This document shows positions 57,648 through 64,000 of a DNA stretch of 64,000 nt, piece after piece. Origin of the DNA: Candidatus Dojkabacteria bacterium HGW-Dojkabacteria-1 (GTDB lineage: Bacteria; Patescibacteriota; Dojkabacteria; SC72); the NCBI GenBank assembly GCA_002840365.1, contig PHAO01000001.1:303514-367513 (forward strand). Reading direction: 5' to 3'. The notes beneath the pieces were generated by a model. It saw only the letters and a list, made by a program, of their open reading frames with translations, did no database searches and was not told the origin of the DNA. Numbering within the stretch: the stretch's first letter is position 1; every line of letters starts with the position of its first letter. Both the position numbers and the translations under genes were made by a program.

Positions 57648-57890
57648 CTACACTAAAGCCTTTTTGGAAAGTTCTTTTAGGAATTGTTGTTCCTCTTGGA
57701 AGCTAGCTCTTTGATATTCATTTAACTCTTTGTTAAAGATATATCTTCTTTTACATTTACACTCTACCATTTCTCTTCTTTCTGAGATTTTTCCTATTCT
57801 TTTAGCTTTATCCAATGGGTTTGTACATCCTACACACATTCTTTTTTCTAAAAGTACTTTCTGGAAGGGAGATACAAGTTTCTTATACAT
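57648..57890 (-). CDS. Small Cys-containing protein (about 80 aa, zinc-ribbon-like CxxC...CxC). The track ORF is trimmed so that it does not overlap tRNA-Leu.
   Basis: The track ORF 57648-57998 overlaps tRNA-Leu. The internal Met gives MYKKLVSPFQKVLLEKRMCVGCTNPL...CKCKRRY. Confidence 0.3.
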   Translation of the reverse strand: MYKKLVSPFQKVLLEKRMCVGCTNPLDKAKRIGKISERREMVECKCKRRYIFNKELNEYQRASFQEEQQFLKELSKKALV

Positions 57891-57918
57891 GATTTTGTAA
57901 AAAGTAAGTAAATATATT

Positions 57919-58004
57919 TGCCGAAGACAGGAGTTGAACCTGCACTGGGAATTATCCCAACATGCTCCTAAGGCATGTGCGTCTGCCAGTTTCGCCACTT
58001 CGGC
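57919..58004 (-). tRNA. tRNA-Leu (anticodon TAG), class II with a long variable arm
   Basis: Reverse complement folds as GCCGAAG / TGGCGAAACTGGCAGACGC / CATGC-CTTAGGA-GCATG / variable arm TTGGGATAATTCCCAGT / GCAGG-TTCAACT-CCTGT / CTTCGGC-A. Confidence 0.8.
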
Positions 58005-58048
58005 ACAACAGGCATATTTTACTAAAGAAAGGATATTTTTTCAAAAGA

Positions 58049-58345
58049 TTAACTTTCTTCTATAGCTCCAAATATTTTCCCATACACCTTAACACAACCC
58101 TTCTCAGTATACTTTGCATTTGAGAGGACATCCTTCTGTGTTAATGATTCTTCTACAATATCATCTCTTAAATCATCAAAGGGAAGATGTTTTTTCATTG
58201 GTTGAACATTAGAAGTATCTACCTCTTGTAATTGATTGGCAGATTCTAATATTGTTTGCATTTGAGGTGTAAATTTCTCTAACTCTTCATCAGAGAGTTT
58301 AATTCTAGATAGTTCTGATATATGTTTTAATGTTTTTTTATCCAT
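58049..58345 (-). CDS. gatC: Asp/Glu-tRNA amidotransferase subunit C
   Basis: 98 aa; ...ISELSRIKLSDEELEKF... is the GatC signature. Start overlaps the gatB stop. Confidence 0.8.
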   Translation of the reverse strand: MDKKTLKHISELSRIKLSDEELEKFTPQMQTILESANQLQEVDTSNVQPMKKHLPFDDLRDDIVEESLTQKDVLSNAKYTEKGCVKVYGKIFGAIEES

Positions 58346-59855
58346 TTAACTTTTCCATTAAAATTGATCTTGCACTATTTGGGTCTGCAGTTCCTTTTGA
58401 TTTCTGCATTACTTGACCAACTAGAAAGCCTAAAGATGCTTGTTTACCTGACTTAAAATCCTCCACAGCTTTGCTGTTTTCCTTTATTACTTCTTCGACA
58501 ATTGAAGAGAGATTACCTGTTGTATTTCTAGCTTCTGTTTTAGCTTTTGTAATTAAGTCTCCCAAATCTATCTTCTTTTCAATCGATTCTCTTAATAGCT
58601 CTTCTGCCTTACTTCTTGTAAGTATTTTCTCTTCAAACTCTAGTATTAATTTTGCCAAATCTTCCTTCTGGATATTCTCCTCTGTTATATCTAGATTATT
58701 GTCATTAGCGATAGAGAAGACAGCACCAGTTAACCAATTCGCACATGCTTTTGCAGCTTTTTTTGTATCTATATCTTTTGAAACAAGAGAGAGTACAGCT
58801 TCATAGTATATTGATATATCTCTGTCAGAAGTTAAAACATTAGCATCATATTCAGAAAGCTCATAATCATTTATGTATCTATCTCTTTTTTCATCGGGTA
58901 ATTCGATAATTTCTTTAGAGATTCTTTCAATATCCTTTTCTGTTACTTCAATAACAGGAATATCAGGTTCTGGCATATATCTATAGTCATCTGCTGTTTC
59001 TTTCGATCTTTGGAATACTGTAATTGATTTGTTTGCATCCCATCCTCTTGTCTGCTGCTTAATTTCTTTCCCTTCTTCAATTTCTTTTATTAATCTCTCT
59101 ACTTCGTATGTAATAGATTTCTCTACGGCAGAGATTGATCCAATATTTTTTATCTCAACTTTTGGATTAAGCATATAATTACCAATAGGTAATATCTTAC
59201 CGTCTTTGTATTCCCATTTTCCTTTCTCCTGCACTGAGATATTTGGCTCACATCTCATTTGGCCTTTTTCCATATCTGCATCTGATATGCCCAAATATCT
59301 AGCAATTTGCCTTATTTTTGTTGCTAATTCCTTTGCCTGATATGCACTTCTAATATTAGGTTTAGTTACTAATTCAATTAAAGGCATTCCTGATTTGTTG
59401 TAATCAATCAAAGAATATTCTAATCCACTATTTATTTCAGTGTGGTGAGTTGATTTTGCAACATCTTCTTCCTGGTGTATTCTCTCAATCTCTATTTTGT
59501 ATTTTTTACCATCTTCATCCCTTATCTCAATGTATCCATCAGAGCAGATTGCTCTTTTGTACTGACTAATCTGATACCCTTTGGGTAAATCTGGATAGAA
59601 GTAATGTTTTCTGTCGAAATGAATTTCATTTTCGATATCACAATTGGTTGCTAATCCAAGTAAAATACAAAGTTCAATAGCTCTTTTATTTGGTACAGGT
59701 AGTGCTCCAGGCAATCCTAAACATACTGGGCAAACTTGAGTATTTGGTTCTTTATGAAAATATTTAGTTGAACAACTACAGAACATTTTACTCTCTGTCT
59801 TTGTCTGTATGTGTATTTCTAATCCAATTATTACATCGTATTTTGATGATTCCAC
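58338..59855 (-). CDS. gatB: Asp/Glu-tRNA amidotransferase subunit B
   Basis: N-terminus YDVIIGLEIHIQTKTESKMFCSC...VCPVCLGLPGALP, and a C-terminal YqeY-like tail ...SLGFLVGQVMQKSKGTADP. Confidence 0.9.
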   Translation of the reverse strand: MESSKYDVIIGLEIHIQTKTESKMFCSCSTKYFHKEPNTQVCPVCLGLPGALPVPNKRAIELCILLGLATNCDIENEIHFDRKHYFYPDLPKGYQISQYKRAICSDGYIEIRDEDGKKYKIEIERIHQEEDVAKSTHHTEINSGLEYSLIDYNKSGMPLIELVTKPNIRSAYQAKELATKIRQIARYLGISDADMEKGQMRCEPNISVQEKGKWEYKDGKILPIGNYMLNPKVEIKNIGSISAVEKSITYEVERLIKEIEEGKEIKQQTRGWDANKSITVFQRSKETADDYRYMPEPDIPVIEVTEKDIERISKEIIELPDEKRDRYINDYELSEYDANVLTSDRDISIYYEAVLSLVSKDIDTKKAAKACANWLTGAVFSIANDNNLDITEENIQKEDLAKLILEFEEKILTRSKAEELLRESIEKKIDLGDLITKAKTEARNTTGNLSSIVEEVIKENSKAVEDFKSGKQASLGFLVGQVMQKSKGTADPNSARSILMEKLNG

Positions 59856-59871
59856 TAGTATTGTTGTTTAA

Positions 59872-60969
59872 TTAAAGAAATATTTTGATATCACTATCTT
59901 CACTAGATATATTATCACTTTCATCTGGAATGATGTAGTAGGTTCCTCTACCTCGACCTTTTGTTTCAATATATTTTTTCTCCATTAGTTCTTGTAGGTC
60001 CCTGTATGAAGTCATAAAGGAAACGCCCATCATTTTTGTATATTCATGTCTTGTTATCTTAGCGTTGTTGTAAAGATATTCGACTATTTTTCTCTGTCTT
60101 GGATTTAAATCTTTTCCAATTCTTCTATTAATTTTAACCTTCTCTTCATATGTTTGTGAAAATTCTTTTGAAAGTTCAATAGTAGTTAAAGAGAGAGTAT
60201 ACAGTACTGCTTCTATGAAGATTGTTAAATCTCTTTTACCTTTTGATATTCTGAAAGCTGATTCTATATCTTCACTAATCAAATACATTGCTTTGGAGTA
60301 AGGTATAAGGTTGTGGGGATTTAATCCATATATTTTTGCTAATGCTTTAACTGTTAAGATAGAGGTAATTTGGTTTCCTGCAAAGAATGGAGCCTTATCA
60401 ATATATTCGTACAAGAGTATTGAAAGTTGTATTAGTTTATGAATTCCTGCTTCTGAGCTTGCAATCCATGTAAAAATATCATTGAAATGATCTTTCATAT
60501 CAATATTAGGATAGTAATCTCTTAACTTGTACCAGTTGTCATACAAATCATATGGTTTTTCAGAAAATGTTTTTATCCTGGCTAAATCCCAATCTTCAAC
60601 AATATTTTTCATAAGTATTTTGTTTAAGTGAGTCGATAGCTCAATAGATGGCTTAAGTGCACTTTTAATAGTGTATGTATCAAGAAAGTCTTGAGCATTT
60701 TTAAAGTTAGTAAAAATTCTTAGTTTGTTTCTGTATGAGGGTAATACCTGTCCTCTTTCTACGGTTAGAGCTTTGTTGTAACCGATTGAATATGAAATTA
60801 ATTCTCCCAGTTTATCTATTTCATCTGTACGATATTTTTCCTTCACTTGTAAAAGGGTAGATGAAGGCATGGGAGTATTTTTTATTTTATCTATACTAAG
60901 CTCATATTTAACAATATAGCTGAGTATTAGATTTGTTATTGTATATTTTGGTATATTCATATATTTCAA
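59872..60969 (-). CDS. Fic-fold-like protein with a degenerate active-site motif and a C-terminal winged HTH
   Basis: At the position of the Fic motif HPFx(D/E)GNGR the sequence is APFFAGNQITSIL, so His and the acidic residue are lost. The C-terminus resembles a wHTH (KITRHEYTKMMGVSFMTSYRDLQEL). Confidence 0.4.
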   Translation of the reverse strand: MKYMNIPKYTITNLILSYIVKYELSIDKIKNTPMPSSTLLQVKEKYRTDEIDKLGELISYSIGYNKALTVERGQVLPSYRNKLRIFTNFKNAQDFLDTYTIKSALKPSIELSTHLNKILMKNIVEDWDLARIKTFSEKPYDLYDNWYKLRDYYPNIDMKDHFNDIFTWIASSEAGIHKLIQLSILLYEYIDKAPFFAGNQITSILTVKALAKIYGLNPHNLIPYSKAMYLISEDIESAFRISKGKRDLTIFIEAVLYTLSLTTIELSKEFSQTYEEKVKINRRIGKDLNPRQRKIVEYLYNNAKITRHEYTKMMGVSFMTSYRDLQELMEKKYIETKGRGRGTYYIIPDESDNISSEDSDIKIFL

Positions 60970-60970
60970 A

Positions 60971-61043
60971 AGCTGATGGAAGGGTTCGAACCTTCGACCT
61001 GTCCCTTACGAAGGGAATGCTCTACCAGCTGAGCTACATCAGC
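60971..61043 (-). tRNA. tRNA-Thr (anticodon CGT)
   Basis: Reverse complement folds as GCTGATG / TAGCTCAGCTGGTAGAGC / TTCCC-TTCGTAA-GGGAC (27-43 mismatch) / GAAGG-TTCGAAC-CCTTC / CATCAGC. Confidence 0.75.
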
Positions 61044-61090
61044 AATGCGTAACGCAATTGTAACAGAGAAAATATTGGGAATCAAGAAAA

Positions 61091-61164
61091 AGCGAGAGAC
61101 GGGATTCGAACCCGCGACCTTCTCCTTGGGAAGGAGACATTCTAGCCAACTGAACTACTCTCGC
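61091..61164 (-). tRNA. tRNA-Gly (anticodon CCC)
   Basis: Reverse complement folds as GCGAGAG / TAGTTCAGTTGGCTAGAA / TCTCC-TTCCCAA-GGAGA / GCGGG-TTCGAAT-CCCGT / CTCTCGC. Confidence 0.8.
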
Positions 61165-61207
61165 AACTTTCAGATTGTATATCTAAAAGCTTTTTAATTC
61201 AATATAT

Positions 61208-61567
61208 TTAAACAACAGCTTCTTTAATTTCTTTCCAATCATCATTTAGCTTAACACCTATCTCTTTGGCTACTTCGCTGGTTACTTCTCCATCTTTCTT
61301 CACTTCATTTACTACTTTTTCAACTAACTTCTTATATCCATCCCAATCAATATTTTGACCTGCCTCTTTTAAATCAGCAACCTTCTTTGCTAGTTGTCTC
61401 TTTGCCTTTCTGTAATATTTCTCAGCCTTATCACCTGTTTCCTCTGCAAATCTTTTAATATCTGCTCTTGTTTCTGCACCGGATTTAGGTGCAAGTAAAA
61501 TACCAGCAGTAACTCCAACTACTGTCCCAAAGATTAGACCTTTGAAAAAATCATCTGATGAACTCAT
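61208..61567 (-). CDS. YtxH-family (DUF948) protein
   Basis: N-terminal glycine-zipper helix GLIFGTVVGVTAGILLAPKSGAETR, then a K/E-rich coiled region. Confidence 0.55.
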   Translation of the reverse strand: MSSSDDFFKGLIFGTVVGVTAGILLAPKSGAETRADIKRFAEETGDKAEKYYRKAKRQLAKKVADLKEAGQNIDWDGYKKLVEKVVNEVKKDGEVTSEVAKEIGVKLNDDWKEIKEAVV

Positions 61568-61624
61568 GGTAAAAAAGATAACAAATTAATATATTTATAT
61601 GGTACATGAGATATACCATTAAAT

Positions 61625-61891
61625 CTAGAGATTAAATCTTTTTATTAGGTTATACCCCAAAGAAAGAAACAACCCTATACCTATTAAAGACAATATTATC
61701 AATACTGGTGAGACTGAAGGTTGTGTTACTACTGGTATATCTGCATCTACTTCTTCTGTAGTTCTTTCTTCAATTTCTACAAATTGATCAGAGTCCTCAA
61801 TCTGGGCATATGATTGGGAGAGCGGAAAAGAAAAAAGAAAAAATATTGTAATTGCTATCATAAAGATTCTCATTGTAATATCATATATCAT
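61625..61891 (-). CDS. Small exported protein with a C-terminal TM helix (88 aa)
   Basis: Hydrophobic N- and C-termini with an acidic middle. Confidence 0.3.
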   Translation of the reverse strand: MIYDITMRIFMIAITIFFLFSFPLSQSYAQIEDSDQFVEIEERTTEEVDADIPVVTQPSVSPVLIILSLIGIGLFLSLGYNLIKRFNL

Positions 61892-61910
61892 ATTTTTAGA
61901 TATATGTAGT

Positions 61911-62549
61911 ATGGTATTTCCAGATATTGAATTAGAAAAGAAACTTTGGAAGAAAGGTTTTAAATATGTAATAGGGATAGATGAAGCAGGAAGAGGACCT
62001 CTTGCAGGACCAGTTTGTGCAGGAGCTGTATTAATTAATGCAAATACTCAATTGCATCCTTTTGTAAGAGATAGTAAAAAGATGACTGAGAAAAGGAGAG
62101 AGGAAGTTTTTGAATATATTAAAGAGAATAGTTTGGCATATGGGATTGCAATGATAGATTCTGTTGTAATTGATGAGCTTGGTATACAAGAAGCCGTAAA
62201 GATGGCTATGGAAGAAGCTTTAAGGCAGATAGAGGAAAGGATTCAAAGTAGGGCAGATTACCTAATTGTTGATGGTACTAATGTAAGTACTATTTCCGGA
62301 TATCATATGGAAAAGATTAAAGCAGGAGACTTAAAACATTACTCTATTTCTGCAGCGTCAATCTTAGCTAAGGTTACAAGAGATAGGTATATGAAAGAAA
62401 TAGCGAAGGAATTTCCAGTATATTGTTTTGAAAAGCATGTAGGATATGGTACTAAACTACATATGGAAAATTTAATTAAGTATGGTCCTTGTAGTCTTCA
62501 TAGGAAGTCTTTTGCTCCTGTAAAGAAACTAATAGAAGAAAGCTTGTAA
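61911..62549 (+). CDS. rnhB: Ribonuclease HII
   Basis: IGIDEAGRGPLAGPV catalytic DEAGRG motif; 212 aa. Confidence 0.85.
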   Translation: MVFPDIELEKKLWKKGFKYVIGIDEAGRGPLAGPVCAGAVLINANTQLHPFVRDSKKMTEKRREEVFEYIKENSLAYGIAMIDSVVIDELGIQEAVKMAMEEALRQIEERIQSRADYLIVDGTNVSTISGYHMEKIKAGDLKHYSISAASILAKVTRDRYMKEIAKEFPVYCFEKHVGYGTKLHMENLIKYGPCSLHRKSFAPVKKLIEESL

Positions 62550-62585
62550 AAATGAGTGTTAAAGGGTTATAATCATATTCGTTAC

Positions 62586-62662
62586 GGGCCGCTAGCTCAT
62601 CAGGTTAGAGCAACTGCCTTTTAAGCAGTAGGTGCTGAGTTCGAGTCTCAGGCGGCTCACCA
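62586..62662 (+). tRNA. tRNA-Lys (anticodon TTT), CCA encoded
   Basis: GGGCCGC / TAGCTCATCAGGTTAGAGC / ACTGC-CTTTTAA-GCAGT / CTGAG-TTCGAGT-CTCAG / GCGGCTC-A-CCA. Confidence 0.85.
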
Positions 62663-62703
62663 TAGAATTTCCCTCAATACAAAAATTTTATCAAGAGAAT
62701 CAA

Positions 62704-63060
62704 ATGAAAGAAGCTAATCATAGGATTTTTACAATGAGCTTTTCTACGGTATATCCTCATTACATAGCCAAAGTAGAAAGAAAAGGAAGATTAAAATCTG
62801 AAGTAGATGAGATAATTCGTTGGTTAACAGGGTATACCCAACAACAACTAGAAATTGAAATAGAAAAGAATACTGACTTTGAAACATTTTTTAAAAAAGC
62901 ATCAAAATTAAATCCTAAACGAAATTTAATAAAGGGGATTATATGTGGTATTAGAATTGAAGAAATAGAAGACCCTCTTATGAGAGAAATTCGCTACCTT
63001 GATAAATTAATTGATGAGTTAGCTAAAGGGAAATCAATGGAGAAAATTTTAAGGAAGTAG
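62704..63060 (+). CDS. DUF2200-like small protein (about 118 aa). The track ORF is trimmed so that it does not overlap tRNA-Lys.
   Basis: The track ORF 62632-63060 overlaps the tRNA. The internal start gives [44 protein letters not shown]..., resembling the DUF2200 family. Confidence 0.45.
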   Translation: MKEANHRIFTMSFSTVYPHYIAKVERKGRLKSEVDEIIRWLTGYTQQQLEIEIEKNTDFETFFKKASKLNPKRNLIKGIICGIRIEEIEDPLMREIRYLDKLIDELAKGKSMEKILRK

Positions 63061-63115
63061 TTATTGTATATTTATATTTGATATTATTTATTAATAACCT
63101 TATTACCAATGGCAT

Positions 63116-63640
63116 ATGTTACTTTGGATAATTATTGCTAATATTTTTTTAGCAAATCTCTTTGGAGTTATTTTTCACTACACACACAAACGAAAAACAC
63201 GAAGCCTACTTCTTCATGTTTTCTCTTCCGTTAATGAAAGTACTTGGGAACATCTAAAATTAGCGTTTACCCCAATGCTTTTTCTTACCTTTTTAAATTA
63301 TTTTCTTTTAAGAAATACTTATCCAAATGTTATTGAAAGCAATTTGTATGGATTGTTAATGGTAATACTGCTTATTCCTCTTCTTTACTATCCTATTCGA
63401 TTTTTTCTCAAAAGAGAGGTTGTTTTTGTAAGTATAGGTATTTTCATTTTATCTGTTATCCTTGGATATATTGGAGTATATAATATGTTACTAAAGGAAA
63501 TCTCATTAATAGGAGAAACAATATCTTTTACTTTGTTAGTATTAATATTTTTTCTTTTTGGAATATTTACCTTCTTTCCTCCTAAAATATTTCTTTTTAA
63601 AGATCCTGTTTCTGGTAAGTATGGTCATATTAGGGGGTAG
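63116..63640 (+). CDS. Hypothetical multipass membrane protein (174 aa)
   Basis: 5 predicted TM helices. Confidence 0.35.
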   Translation: MLLWIIIANIFLANLFGVIFHYTHKRKTRSLLLHVFSSVNESTWEHLKLAFTPMLFLTFLNYFLLRNTYPNVIESNLYGLLMVILLIPLLYYPIRFFLKREVVFVSIGIFILSVILGYIGVYNMLLKEISLIGETISFTLLVLIFFLFGIFTFFPPKIFLFKDPVSGKYGHIRG

Positions 63641-63694
63641 AAAATTCTTAAATATTTAGGTATACTCAACTATTAGATTTACTCTGTTAGTTTA

Positions 63695-64000
63695 ATGATA
63701 AAGAACTTAGTATTGATAATTAGTATTATACTGTTATCAGTAGTATTGATTCTTTTTTCATATCTTCTTAAAGAACCAGATTTGTGTTGTAAGTACGAAG
63801 TATGTACTAAGTTCACCAATATCTGTGAAAACTCTAAATCAGTTTTACAATTAAAAACGCAAGAAGGAGTTAGAATATATCTTGAGAATGTTAAACATGG
63901 AGATGAAATTGAATTAGGGTATGTAATTAGGGGTAGTGTAACAGGTAGCTGGTATTTTGAGGGAGAGTTTCCTGTAAGGGTTTTAAATGAAGAGATGGAA
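63695..64000 (+). CDS. Hypothetical exported protein, 3'-truncated by the window end
   Basis: ATG at 63695 followed by a signal-anchor-like sequence (MIKNLVLIISIILLSVVLILF...); the open frame continues to position 64000. Confidence 0.3.
   Translation, partial: MIKNLVLIISIILLSVVLILFSYLLKEPDLCCKYEVCTKFTNICENSKSVLQLKTQEGVRIYLENVKHGDEIELGYVIRGSVTGSWYFEGEFPVRVLNEEME

Noticed and set aside
1-64000. Alternative genetic code (UGA read as an amino acid), considered because the gene repertoire hints at a possible CPR-type small-genome organism.
   Set aside because: Long standard-code ORFs (valS 964 aa, copA 743 aa, gltX, gpmI, ftsZ) are intact with conserved C-termini, so translation table 11 fits.
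1-64000. CRISPR arrays, transposases, integrases, prophage genes, restriction-modification or toxin-antitoxin pairs, rRNA operons
   Set aside because: No direct-repeat/spacer architecture, no DDE or tyrosine-recombinase motifs and no 16S/23S-like conserved stretches were seen. The only repeat noted is an 11-nt tandem (TTTTCAATTAT x2, 10790-10815) inside the HMA-permease CDS, which encodes a repeated EKIIEKII linker.

Overview
This is a low-GC (about 33% overall) bacterial chromosomal segment made up mostly of core housekeeping genes, read with the standard genetic code. Reading TGA as sense is not needed, because long ORFs such as valS, copA and ftsZ are intact. Coding content: recA (5'-truncated at the window edge)-recX-recJ with overlapping stop/start codons; archaeal-type AspRS; a PBP5-like D,D-carboxypeptidase; GluRS immediately followed by tRNA-Gln(CUG); a copper-homeostasis operon (secreted protein-CopA-HMA-fused membrane protein-CsoR) with a perfect 10-bp inverted-repeat operator; an ABC-2 exporter; a PspC/DUF4097/LiaF-like envelope-stress triad; ung; valS; a CarD/CdnL homologue; a YvcK/CofD-family protein; an FkbM-family methyltransferase; a CapA-like protein; desulfoferrodoxin; a Thr-rich surface protein beside a GT-C glycosyltransferase and a flippase-like protein; a class-A beta-lactamase-like protein; hpf; a prfB-ftsE-ftsX-M23 peptidase operon; gpmI; uppP; a GT4 glycosyltransferase; a DedA-family protein; ftsQ-ftsA-ftsZ-DUF167-ftsW; rplU-(RNA methyltransferase)-rpmA; a TrmH-family methyltransferase; parB-parA; lepB; gatB-gatC; rnhB. 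Ten tRNA genes were identified by hand-folding: Gln, Asn, Phe, Gly(GCC), Glu, Leu(UAG), Thr(CGU), Gly(CCC) and Lys(UUU). Their anticodons are read from folded sequence, not from a tRNA scanner, and several overlap ORF-caller artefacts. Regulatory RNA: two T-box-type leaders with the GGGUGGNAC core, an antiterminator and a terminator, lie upstream of aspS and valS. The most unusual feature is a GC-rich (about 50%), ORF-free island of roughly 330 nt at 33.83-34.16 kb. It is flanked by a TATAAT box and a T8 run on the + strand, and it is a candidate structured ncRNA whose class I could not assign. No CRISPR array, transposase, integrase or rRNA was seen. The gene repertoire (non-discriminating GluRS/AspRS with gatCB, superoxide reductase, many small membrane and surface proteins) is consistent with a small-genome anaerobe, possibly of the Patescibacteria/CPR type, but phylogenetic placement cannot be made from this window alone.
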